A DNA stretch of 61,536 nucleotides, from contig JYFJ02002200.1 of NCBI GenBank assembly GCA_000934665.2, forward strand, positions 1 through 61,536, given 5' to 3'. Below the pieces are notes generated by a model. It was not told the origin of the DNA. It made no database searches and saw only the letters and a list, made by a program, of their open reading frames with translations. Each line of letters begins with the position of its first letter. The first letter of the stretch is position 1. This DNA is from Catajapyx aquilonaris. Lineage: Eukaryota. Positions 49,301 through 59,200 of this stretch are shown here, in pieces. A program made the translations under genes and the position numbers.

Positions 49301-52300
49301 AATCTGAAACAGAAAGTGAGGATCGTTCCTGCTCTGATTTTGATGTGAATATCTCCGTTGGGGATGAAGAGGGTCGTAAAATGTCTGCCAAAAGCCCGGT
49401 TACTAAAGGTAAAGAAAAACCACAAGATGAAGTAACTGACTCTTCACCAAATCCTAAGGACACATCAAAGAAAGGCAAGAAGATCAAGGACCCAAAGAAA
49501 AATAATGTCACCATGACCATGGACGTAACTGTAACTGTGAATCTTACCATGGCCGGAAATATTAATAAGCATTATGCTACTGATCCTAATGATACAAATC
49601 CATCAGGAACAAAGTTGCCTGATGGATCAGAAGAAAATGACGGAAAAAGTTCTTCAAAAAATAAGCGTCCTTTTTTAGGCGATGATAAGCAGAATTTCGT
49701 ACCAGAAGGAGGAGGAAAGAAGAAAAACAAGACTAGTATTGATAAAGATAGTCTTCCAAAAAACGGGGTTAGTGCTGAAGTGTCAAGCAGGGGAGATGAC
49801 ACTTCAGCAGAAACCTGTGATGATGAAAATGAGACACCGAGTATAGGCAGTGATGAAAATGCGTCTACCTTTCCTGTAGTTTTCAAAGACTCTCCTGGTA
49901 CACCTGAGGAGTTGTCTAAGGAAGATGGACTGAAAGAATATTCGAAAGAAGACAAGAAAGACGGGACTGCGGACAAAGGTAAAGAATCTGAGTGTGAATC
50001 AGATGAAAGCAGACGTTATCCAGATGGAAATTTTCCTAATATAAAAAATCCTGAAACGAAGGGAACTAAAGAAAGCAGTGACGAGGAAACATCTGATGAA
50101 TTCACAGGGGTGCACAAAACCTTGAATGATACAACCAGCAATGAAAAGAAAACGGAAGAAGATGACAACTCGGAACCTGATGAACAAGAGACAGTTATCT
50201 CAAAAGAATGTGAGAACTGTCCAAAGGGGGAAAAAGATGAAAGTGGGAACACAGAAGGAGAAGACGGAAAACAAAGTGGCAACAACCCTGATAAAAGCAG
50301 TCAAGAAATAAGTGGAGCAAAAAGTAAGGAGCCTGATAAGCCAGAAATAGACGGAGAAAATAAAACAGATGGTACCGATAAAGATACCAGTGAAGGATCT
50401 GAGTACTGTAGTGAAGGAACAGATGAAAGTGGAGCAGATGAGTCAGGAACCGATAGACAGAATAAGACAACTAGTGACGATAGCAAAACTAGCGATGGAT
50501 CTGAGTCCTGCAGTGAAGGAACAGATGAAAGTGGAGCAGATGAGTCAGGAACCGATGGACAGAATAAGACAACTAGTGACGATAGCAAAACCAGCGATGG
50601 ATCTGAGTACTGCAGTGAAGGAACAGATGAAAGTGGAGCAGATGAGTCAGGAACCGAGGGACAGAATAAGACAACTAGTGACGATAGCATAAATAGCGAG
50701 GGATCTGAATATTGCAGTGAGGACACAAATGAAAGTGGAGCAATCAGCCAGGGGGCTGATCAATCAGGAACAGATGGACAGAATAAGACAGCTAGTGGCG
50801 AAAACGACAATGGTGGAGGATCGGAAAAATGCAGTGAAGAAAAAAATGAAAGTGGAGAAAAAAACAAAGGGGACACTGAATCAGAAGCCGGTGAGCCGGA
50901 GGAAATAAAGACTGACGATATCTTCGAAAATGGAAACTCAGATGATTGTAATGAAGAAACTGATGGAAGTGGGGCAAAAAGTAAAAATGATGAATTAGGT
51001 TCAGAAGGGCGAAATGAAACAAGTAGTGAGGGCTCGGAATCTTGCAGTGAAGAAACAGGCGAAAGTGGAGATGAATTAGGTTCCCAAGGTCGAAATGAAA
51101 CAAGTAGTGAAGGCTCGGAATATTGCAGTGAAGAAACAGGTGAAAGTGGAGATGAATTAGGTTCCCAAGGTCGAAATGACACAAGTAGTGAGGGGTCTGA
51201 ATATTGCAGTGAAGAAACAGGTGAAAGTGGAGATGAATTAGATTCCCAAGGGCGAAATGAAACAAGTAGTGAGGGGTCTGAATATTGTAGTGAAGAAACT
51301 GATGAATCAGGAACCGATAGACAGAATAAGACTAGTAGCGAAAGCGACACCAGTGAGGGCTCTGAATACTGCAGCGAAGAGTCGGAAGAAAAGGAAAATA
51401 TAACTTCTTCATCGATAGAATCGACTACAGTGACCACTGAGGTAGCCACTGAGTTAAGTACTAGCCCAGAACCAGAAACCACAACTTCTGGTGCAGATGG
51501 CACAAGTACAACAATCTTCTCCAGCACTGAAAGTGGCACTTCAGAAACAGACCACACGACTGATGAAACTACCACCTTGCCAGACACTGGAATTACAGAG
51601 TCAGAAACAGACCACATGACGGATGAAACTACCGCCTTGCCAGAGTCAGAATCAGGTGAACAAAGTTCACTTTCCAGTATGGGGCTCGAAACTAGAATGA
51701 CAAACTTAGAAAGTGAAGAGACAACTATTAAAAGCACTCCCCCGCCAATCACGGAAAGTACAACTCCACAAACAGCAGTGCCAAACACAGTGGAGGCAAC
51801 TTCAGGGGCCACTCCAAGCACGACTACACCCAATCCGAGAACTAATGAAGTAGTACCACGCCCAAGAGCCAAAAGTTAGTACTATTGAAACACGTTTCAT
51901 CATTTTTTGTTCCTTGGGCATGAAAGTAATAATGATCTAGCTTTCTCTCTATTAATATAATTATTTTCTAAGATTGACGCAAATACTGTACCAGAGAGTT
52001 ATTTACCACATGGGAACGTTTCATGTAGAATATAACCTATCTATTTTGCTGTTACATCTATCCTGTTTGGTCACAACTAATGGTCAGTTTTTCGTCATAC
52101 TTTTCACTATTGCAACACTAATAGTATCTTAACAATTATTATGTAATGTAGGTAATTCCAGGACAAATTAGGGAGTGTATACAACGCTGAATTTTTTTAT
52201 TTCCATGAAAATTATTTTTCGGAATTGCCATTGTAAAAGTAGGAGACTAATGCCAGATTCCACCAACCGCTTTTACTGTAAGTTAAGAGCTATCTGTCAT

Positions 52301-53004
52301 TTAGCGCCCAAATTAACACACGTATAGGAGTGAGCAGTTTGCTGCCTATGACAGGGGCGTGGTATACGAAAAAAATTTATTTGATACCTTCAGGCATTTG
52401 TTGAGTTACAATTAAGACAGCAATAAAAACACTTTAAGTAAATAATAATTTAGCAATTTTGAAGATAATACGGTATTGCTTCAATAATAATATACCTTCC
52501 TGTGACAACATTGCTAATCGATTATTATTATGGAGTTTGCTTATGCTCGTCAAAATATTCAGTGTCATGGTCACGGCAGACTGTATTCTCATTGGCAGAA
52601 TCTCGTAGTGTACGAATTTTATTGGATTTATTATCATATTTTTCGATAATAATCCAATAATACTAGAATTAATTTTTAAGGTACTAAAGTACTTGGGGCC
52701 CTTGGACCTGTGACGTTTTGTCTAGGCATAGAAAATGTACAATAAATTTATTAAGATAGATATACAGTATTTTCAAGTTGTAATCTTCATGCATGAAGCC
52801 ACCAAATTGTGTTATAAAATGCTTTCGTAATAAATACCAATGCATATTATAGAAAAGCGCTGTCCACCCCCTCCACCGAGAGGACCGCTGAACCCGTGCC
52901 TGAAAACGAAGGACGAATGTACTACTACATCAGAGAAACCGTGTCCTGAAGACAAGATGTGTTGCCCCTGGAAGTGTCGTATGGAGTGCAAAACACCTCG
53001 CTAA
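29867..53004 (+). CDS. Giant secreted multidomain polyprotein (~4,520 aa; 9 WAP, 4 half-VWC-like, Gly-rich, Gln-rich, acidic Cys-spaced domain)
   Basis: 44 exons joined in frame: 29867-29930, 31533-31742, 31807-31992, 32066-32119, 32176-32283, 32757-32792, 33015-33074, 33149-33202, 33260-33313, 33391-33450, 33512-33604, 33680-33721, 33807-34064, 35626-35739, 35806-35859, 36022-36090, 36380-36550, 36605-36664, 36727-36948, 37173-37334, 37622-37711, 38476-38607, 38664-38807, 38867-39103, 39159-39252, 39315-39370, 39428-40015, 40077-40229, 40291-40323, 40456-40644, 40701-40751, 40813-41001, 41234-41290, 41351-41515, 41589-41624, 42154-42315, 42587-42667, 42728-42781, 42842-43009, 43063-43104, 43171-43227, 43283-43752, 43834-51874, 52853-53004 (13572 nt by my sum). 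Signal peptide MDWRALLLCLINFTYGLVHG. The model needs GC donors at 37335 and 43010; the single-gene join at 37335-37621 is the weakest link. Confidence 0.6.
31042..31286. mobile_element. hAT-type MITE in intron 1 of gene 2
   Basis: TIR CAGGGTCCCCTACATG / CATGTAGGTGACCCTG; perfect 8-bp TSD GTGCCTAG. Confidence 0.85.
32383..32639. mobile_element. Tc1/mariner-type palindromic MITE
   Basis: TA|CAGGGTGTTCCAA ... TTGGAACACCCTG|TA with long inverted arms. Confidence 0.9.
32757..33721 (+). CDS. Seven micro-exons, each encoding one Gly/Leu-rich repeat
   Basis: RIISGLLGGGGG / GGPGAILGSLLGGGGGGIPI / VGDMLSGFLGGAGGGLPL / GGDFLAGLLGGGGGGIPI / AGDLLSGLIGAGSPTAGLPI / VGDFLSRLAPG(12)LGGLGGFPI / VGDLFGGLFGGGAK. 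All are symmetric phase-1 exons of 36-93 nt. Confidence 0.8.
35142..35487 (+). mobile_element. Full-length tRNA-derived SINE
   Basis: A box (GTGGTGCTGCGG), B box (GGTTCGATCCC), (ATTT)n tail, 14-bp TSD TATACTGTTGCAGT at 35128-35141 and 35488-35501. Confidence 0.85.
38476..39103 (+). CDS. Four 6-Cys modules resembling the C-terminal half of VWC domains
   Basis: Examples: CEMVPCEMPLELEEDCPIVTHPGQCCAFKTC and CSDALCGPSPGPDCTMENIPGQCCPKYTC. The CxxxxC...C...PGxCCPxxxC pattern matches the VWC C-terminal subdomain. Confidence 0.65.
39159..43009 (+). CDS. Array of seven WAP (four-disulfide core) domains with linker micro-exons
   Basis: The eight-Cys pattern CP..C..C-x5-C..CC-x3-CG-x2-C occurs in exons 39159-39370 (split; CCFDGCGRVCKDP), 40077-40229, 40456-40644, 40813-41001, 41351-41515, 42154-42315 and 42842-43009. 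Confidence 0.85.
39428..40015 (+). CDS. Lys/Asp/Gly-rich charged repeat exon (GGKDKDKDGK)n
   Basis: 588-nt phase-1 exon inside ORF 39412-40119: KFKR site, Lys-rich run, 21-30 bp tandem repeats, then an acidic Gly/Ser tail. Confidence 0.8.
41039..41202. mobile_element. Degenerate MITE
   Basis: AGTCCGTTAAACCAAAGAACGATCTGACGTCAC / GTGACGTCAGAGCGTTCTATCGTTTAAAGGACT imperfect TIRs; TA flanks. Confidence 0.55.
43834..51874 (+). CDS. 8-kb exon encoding an acidic Ser/Glu/Asp/Gly/Lys-rich repetitive domain with periodic Cys and a Thr-rich tail
   Basis: Uninterrupted 2670-aa ORF (43867-51879). Acceptor CAG at 43833 is in frame; donor A|GTTAGT at 51875 is phase-compatible with the terminal WAP exon. 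Confidence 0.9.
52853..53004 (+). CDS. Terminal WAP-domain exon
   Basis: TAG|AA AAG CGC TGT... encodes KKRCPPPPPRGPLNPCLKTKDECTTTSEKPCPEDKMCCPWKCRMECKTPR* (8 Cys, WAP-like spacing). AATAAA at ~53498. Confidence 0.8.
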
Positions 53005-53052
53005 GAAATTCCTTAGAGTAGAGTTCCACTCATTTGGTATTCATGTAAACTG

Positions 53053-53053
<1 letters not shown>

Positions 53054-53108
<55 letters not shown>

Positions 53109-53112
53109 TTTC
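53054..53112. repeat. (ATTT)n microsatellite in the 3'UTR of gene 2
   Basis: ~14 ATTT units. Confidence 0.95.
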
Positions 53113-54089
53113 TTGGTTTAAAATATTCTACAACGTCAATGTCCACAGTATGTTGTGCAATTCAAATACAACATGTTTTGTGTCTGGGATTTGTTTTCTT
53201 TCGATACAGGAAATTCATAATCCATGCAGTGATGTATTATTTGTTTCAGAAAAATGTCTAAAAATAATGTAAGGGATTTTAAAAGCATTTTATTACTTTC
53301 CCAAGTCAGAATTATAATATCGATTGCGAACCTAACCACCTGTAGATATGGGGCCATTCAGTACAAGTACGTCAGCAAAGATGGCGGTTACTCTGCTGTC
53401 AAAATATGATGACTACTGTATAAACATGAGCGGTAAGTTCAGAAAAATGTACTAGACTGTACAAAATTATCAGGACTTTCTTCTGTACATTTATAATAAT
53501 AAATAATACTTACTGCCTCGAAACTCATATGAAGCTGCTTAGGGTATTGTAAAATTAATTCTTCAGAGCTGACGTATAGATGATGCGTAAAATCATGGAT
53601 TTTACACAAGACAAAATGTATGAAAGAATACTGTTGCTGAAAAACTATGATAGGTCAGTAAGTTGCAGTATTTCATGGCAGCTACTCTATAACTAAATTG
53701 GACCTCTGCAGTTTTGATGCATGGCCGCAGCCGCAGGACAGCATGTGATTGATGATAAAGAATTACCACACTCACAGGTATTATTATGGTGTGGGTGGGT
53801 GTGGGTGTGAATACCTACATTAAAAAGATAAATACTGTGCATAACGGCAGGGGAGCCCGCTTTCATCAAAAAATTCTTATCTTTTATAATCATCCTATAT
53901 CTGTCCTATAGAGCGTATTACACGATGCATTCCATATCAACAGGACCACCCTTTGTCGTGACCTTTTTCGAGGTATTTTACACTCTCTATATCTATAAGA
54001 TGGTCATACTTGTCCTTAGAAAAGCCAAAATGTAAGATCCAAAATGGCGGTCAAAATTCTGTTTGGATATTATTTTATCATTAATCAAC

Positions 54090-54200
54090 CGGGGAAGGTG
54101 TGGTGGCCGAGATGGTAACGTCTCGGCTTGCTGAGTGAAAGGTCCCAGGTTCGATCCCAGTCTGGGAGTTCCCTTTCACCTGCGTCTCTGACCTGCACCT
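54090..54200 (+). mobile_element. tRNA-derived SINE head (3' extent unresolved)
   Basis: GGTGGCCGAGATGGT A box and GGTTCGATCCC B box, with no clean acceptor stem. Confidence 0.6.
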
Positions 54201-55126
54201 TTGGAGGTGTGTAACATGTATGACCAATTTTCGACTATCCCATTTGGACATGTTCATACTTTGGTATTTTTTTTGTGCATATCCTTTTTTTTGGTCAAAC
54301 TAGTTTTCTTGGGAAGCAGCTGACTTCTTGAGCAAAAGACGCCCGGGAGGTTGGCTTCCGCCAACACGCTCCTTTCCTTGGTCTCCGTTGCGTTTCATTA
54401 CGCAGTTTGTCTACCTCTTCGGATGATTAGAAGGAGGGTTGTGAGTTCCTAGGACTGATTAGTTCTCTTACCCCACTTACCTGCCCAGGTTATTGGTTTG
54501 GGTTTGGGAGACTCAGACGTGTTTGATAAGTATCATATGGGTGTCACTTTTGGTTGCGTTGGTGAAGCGTTTTTTTTTTGTTAAGGTCAATGATAATTAT
54601 TGTGGAGAATGTCTCTATTGCTTAGAGCAGTGACCGAGTATATTCTGATTTTGTTGTTTTGTAAGAATAGAATATTAATATCTGCATTTACAGAGAGTTG
54701 ATTTGATGAGTCTACCGCATGATGCTTTTGGGTGGCTGGACCTTCTTCAGTATCCATCCTTGATTCCTGTATCCTACAGAAGACTTCAGCATTGCTGCGT
54801 GAGAATATGAGACTCTCTATTTTCTTTGAACCGATTGGTTATGTTGATTTTTTTGACATTCACATTGTAAATAAACATATATTTCGCTAGCTACTGTTCT
54901 TCCCTGCCTTCTGCTATATTTTCCTACCCTTCTCTGCTTTCCTTGTAACAAGGTGTCTGGCAACCTAACATCCTGGGGGATTGTCATTGCACTTGCACCA
55001 GTGTCCCCTCCCCAAAAATCCCCATCCTTACCCATACATCCTTAAAGTCCTTGCACGGAGTTCGAAGAAAATAAGAAAAATCTATTCAGATGGTGGTAAT
55101 CCACCGATATATGCCGATATATGGGG

Positions 55127-55696
55127 TGTCTGTGTGTGCGTGTACTAGTACCTGTCTTCAATAAGCTGTGGGACCGGAAGTAGTTGTTTTTACTGTAACT
55201 GGGGGACTTTCTCCGTTCACCGTTCACCTGTGGGGACATTTTCCCACTTGCGGGGACATTTACGGTCCCCACAAGAAAATTGCGGGTTTGCTTTTGCAGT
55301 AGTGGGGACAAGTCCCCAATATTTCCAGTTGCAGGGTTTTAGAAAAGTCCATTTTTCTCAGCCTAGGTTACGTAGGGTAGGGTAGGTTAGGTTAGGTTAG
55401 GTTAGGTTAGCTTAGTTTACACTGGCTTTGAAAAGTTGTATTTTTCACGTCCCCGCACCTAATAGGCCGCAGGGAGTGTGTGTGTATGGGTGTGTGTGCC
55501 CGTCTGACATTGGCACTGGGGACGGAAATGGATGTTTTAGCAGTAACTGTGAGAACATTTTCCAAATAGTGGGGACATTTTCGGTCCCCACAGTTGAAAC
55601 GCCTGATGTGGTACTACTTTATTGGGGACGTGTCCCAAAAATTGGGGTTTAAAAAATTCCATATATCTCAGCCTATAGGTTGGGTAGGGTAGGGTA
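55127..55696. repeat. Two-unit repeat element with GGGGAC/GTCCCC motifs and a (TAGGG)/(TTAGG)n tract
   Basis: GTGGGGACATTT..CGGTCCCCAC occurs twice, followed by CTCAGCCTA..GGTAGGGTAGG; (TTAGG)4 at ~55386-55410. Confidence 0.55.
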
Positions 55697-56211
55697 ATTA
55701 ATCAACTTACTGATATACGATGATGTAACTAACAACGTAAGTAACGCTACAAATTCATATCTGCTCTATAGGTAGGCTATACGTAACAATTAGTAGTTAC
55801 TATGAAACTGCGTCAGTTCCTGATGAATTGGGCAGGCGATATAAAAAAATAATTCATATTACTCTAATAAAAGATAGACATCTTCTACGTAGAATTCAGA
55901 ATTTGTGGGAATGAAAAAGGTGCTTCTGTTTTCCTTTTCACACCTACATACTATAGGAATATCTTGCTGAAAATTTCATTTTCATAGCATCATGTCCGTA
56001 AAATTCATCTTGCATTAGATGGTTTGAAAATTACATTGTACTGTATAATTGCTAAAAACCTCAATTTAAGAATGGCTTTATTCATAGTGCCAACAAAACA
56101 TGCTGAGAACAAATTCAGCTCAATAATATATTCAACCAAGGATTTTTTAAACACATGCAGAGTTGTGCTGCAACTAACTGAATCTACAAAATGTCTTTGG
56201 TAGCCAACTTC

Positions 56212-59200
56212 TCATTGGAAATATGCTTCCTTAGGGATCTTCCCTTCCCGGTTGAGTTCAGAGAAGGCTAATTCCGCTCTGTTCAAATCCCACTGGTGGT
56301 CTTCCAGACACTTCCTGGACCAAGGGAACTTCATTCGGGACATGTTTGAAAGTGAGACGATCATCTTGTATTTCGTAGTGGAATCAGGCTCATTAGATGT
56401 GGATGCCATTTCTGGGAGGGAAGCCACGACTACTGATTTGACAAATGCCTCTGCCGGAATCTTCCCTTCCATCTGGAGTGAAAAGAAGCTTAATCCAGCT
56501 CTGTTGTAATCCCATAGATTATCTTCCAGGCATTTGAGTGACCAGTCTGTCTTCATTCCTGATTGCCTGGAAAATGATTCGATCATCTGTTGTTTGAATC
56601 TAGTTGCATCATCGGCTGGCCTACCAGCTGGAGATGCCACATCTCCGATGCTTTCACCTGCAACATAATTATTAAAAGTGAAATCAAATATGATGTACTT
56701 CAGCCACAGATTTCACATCATTAACTTATTGTAGCGGTGAGAGAGAGTGGGGGTTTGAGGCAGGGTATATGTTGAGACTCTGCAATGTTTCCAAAGTTAA
56801 AACAGCCATTGGAGCTCAAATATTGAAATGTGGTAGATTTCTAAACGTACTTTTTGTACCAATGTTATGCAATGTCCATTACTGAGTTGGCTATCACTGA
56901 CTAAGACTGACTGACAGAAAGCGACGAAGTTGTCAAGTGTAACATCCGACTGGAAGGGTTTTCATGTTGTGCAACAGGATTTTGTGATAAATTACCAAAT
57001 TCATTGACAGCACAGTATATTCAATGACAGTATATCAATATACACCTTTGAAAATTGGGTGCCACCTACCATTTCATAGAAACTGCAATTAAATTTACCG
57101 TACTGCACATTGCAATATATTGCAGTCTGGGGGCCATTAAAAACTTCTTCAGATAGATGATTTAAAACACACACATTAACGAGTTCTCTATCCCATTTTT
57201 GCAATTCTAGCTTTTCTAGCTTTTTCCATTCCCACTATCAGACACTGTTTCATAAAACTTCACGATATGTTTAGTACGGTATGTGTATAGTAAGGGAGAT
57301 CGAGGTATAGGTTGTAACACTTTTTAGGATATGGATTTTTAAATTCAGTTACATATGCATTTAGGCAATGGTTTATGGCATGGTGGAAATAAGGCAACAT
57401 TCCCAATAACATTCCTCCTTGTAAAATTAACATTAGAAAATCTTAAGATTAAAAATTGATAGATTTGTAAAGATTTTTCCAAGGCAAGGCAGTGTTACAA
57501 CCGACCCCATCATAGGGGCGGTTGTAACAGAGGGCAGGGTCGATTGCAACACTACCGGTATGCATTAAGGCAGTGTTTCCCAATTTCTGTCGTTGGCGAC
57601 CCCAAAAAATCGTATCGTAATATTTGCGACCCCCTATATTTCGATCCGCCAACATGAAAAGACAGGAAAACAGTGTAATGACCTTACCTTATATGGTCAT
57701 GATTTTCAAGAAAGATAGCATCATTTTGTGAAAATAATATATTTGTTACTCTCCCTCGCGACCCCAAATAATATTTTCGTGACCCCAAATGGCGTCGCGA
57801 GCCACAGTTTAGGAAGCATTGTCTTAAGGGGGAAATGAAATATGGAAGAACAGTTTGCACCCACTCATCTTCTCGACAATATTGTCTTATAGCCTACTTG
57901 ATCCACCTAGACTACTCTTTATCTCTCGATACGCTGGAACTTAATCAACAGATGAATATTAAACTTACAAGAAAATGGATTTTTAATTCATATAAATTTT
58001 CGACAAACTGGTTATAAGAGGCTTTATTGCACAAAATGATAACTATTTCGTCTCTCAATATCCTGTGAAATATATGTAGCTGTAACATCTGTACACAAAC
58101 TTGACCATTCCCTCATGGTTTTACCATGTTACAACTGATCACAAGGAAGCTGTTACAACCGTCCCAATTGTGTGTTGTCTTGTAGATATGCTTACTACTT
58201 TCTATCTGTGCACATGATTTGGTCATCCATACCATCAGTGCGATCCCACTAAAGGAATCTTTCTAGTGATTCCAAGGGCAATTCAAGGGGACCTCTACTA
58301 TCCCCATAATCCCTTGATTACAGCCATACACCCACAAAAGTTGGGAACACACCTTGATTTTTTTTTGTGGAATTATACGCGTATAGAAGAACAAAAAACA
58401 AAAAAGGAGTAGTCTAAGTTTTGCGAGGCTTAGAGGTCATACTGGCACACGTACTGTGTGAGTTTTAGATTCAGGGCCTTCTAAACGTATTTATTATTGA
58501 CGATGATACAACCGTACCCTGTTACAATCGTCCCCGATCTCCCTTAAGTGTAGTAAAAGAGGCAGTCTGCAGATTACTTACCTTGTTTGGCAGTAAATAC
58601 CCTTTCTTTGGAAAAATGCTAAATGGCAGAAGTGTCAAAGCCAGATAATTGGTATAATTAGTCACCTCAATACCTCATTCCAACTGAGGCAGAAGACCGG
58701 GGAAACATCACACTCACTATATCGCACCAAAAGCAAATTATCACTCAACCACTGCATATACTGCATATTACATATCACGGCATATTAGAAATCCATATCA
58801 ATAAAGACAGATGTGAGTCTGTCTGTCTTTCTGTCTGTCTTTCCATCTGTCTGTCTGTCCGCCCACCAATGCCATCTGTGGACGTATACTCCAACACCTT
58901 CAACCTCTCCCGCCTGTATAACCTCAACCGTCATTTGCCTGCCATTTGTGGTCCATCTGCTACACCTCCAACCTCTCCCGGCCTTCCTAATATAATTATA
59001 TCAATAAAGACAGATGTGAGTCTGTCTGTCATTCTGTCTGTGTTTCCATCTGTCTGTCTGTCCGCCCAATAATGCCATCTATGGATCTATACTCCAACAC
59101 CTTCAACCTCTCCCGCCTGTATAACCGCAACCGTCATTTGCCTGCCATTTGTGGTCCATCTCCAACACCTCCAACCTCTCCCGGCCTTCCTAATCTATCA

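Noticed and set aside
58582..58618. 37-nt minus-strand exon candidate in the NXF intron
   Set aside because: It would shift the frame and has no NTF2-like similarity; at most a poison exon, with no support.
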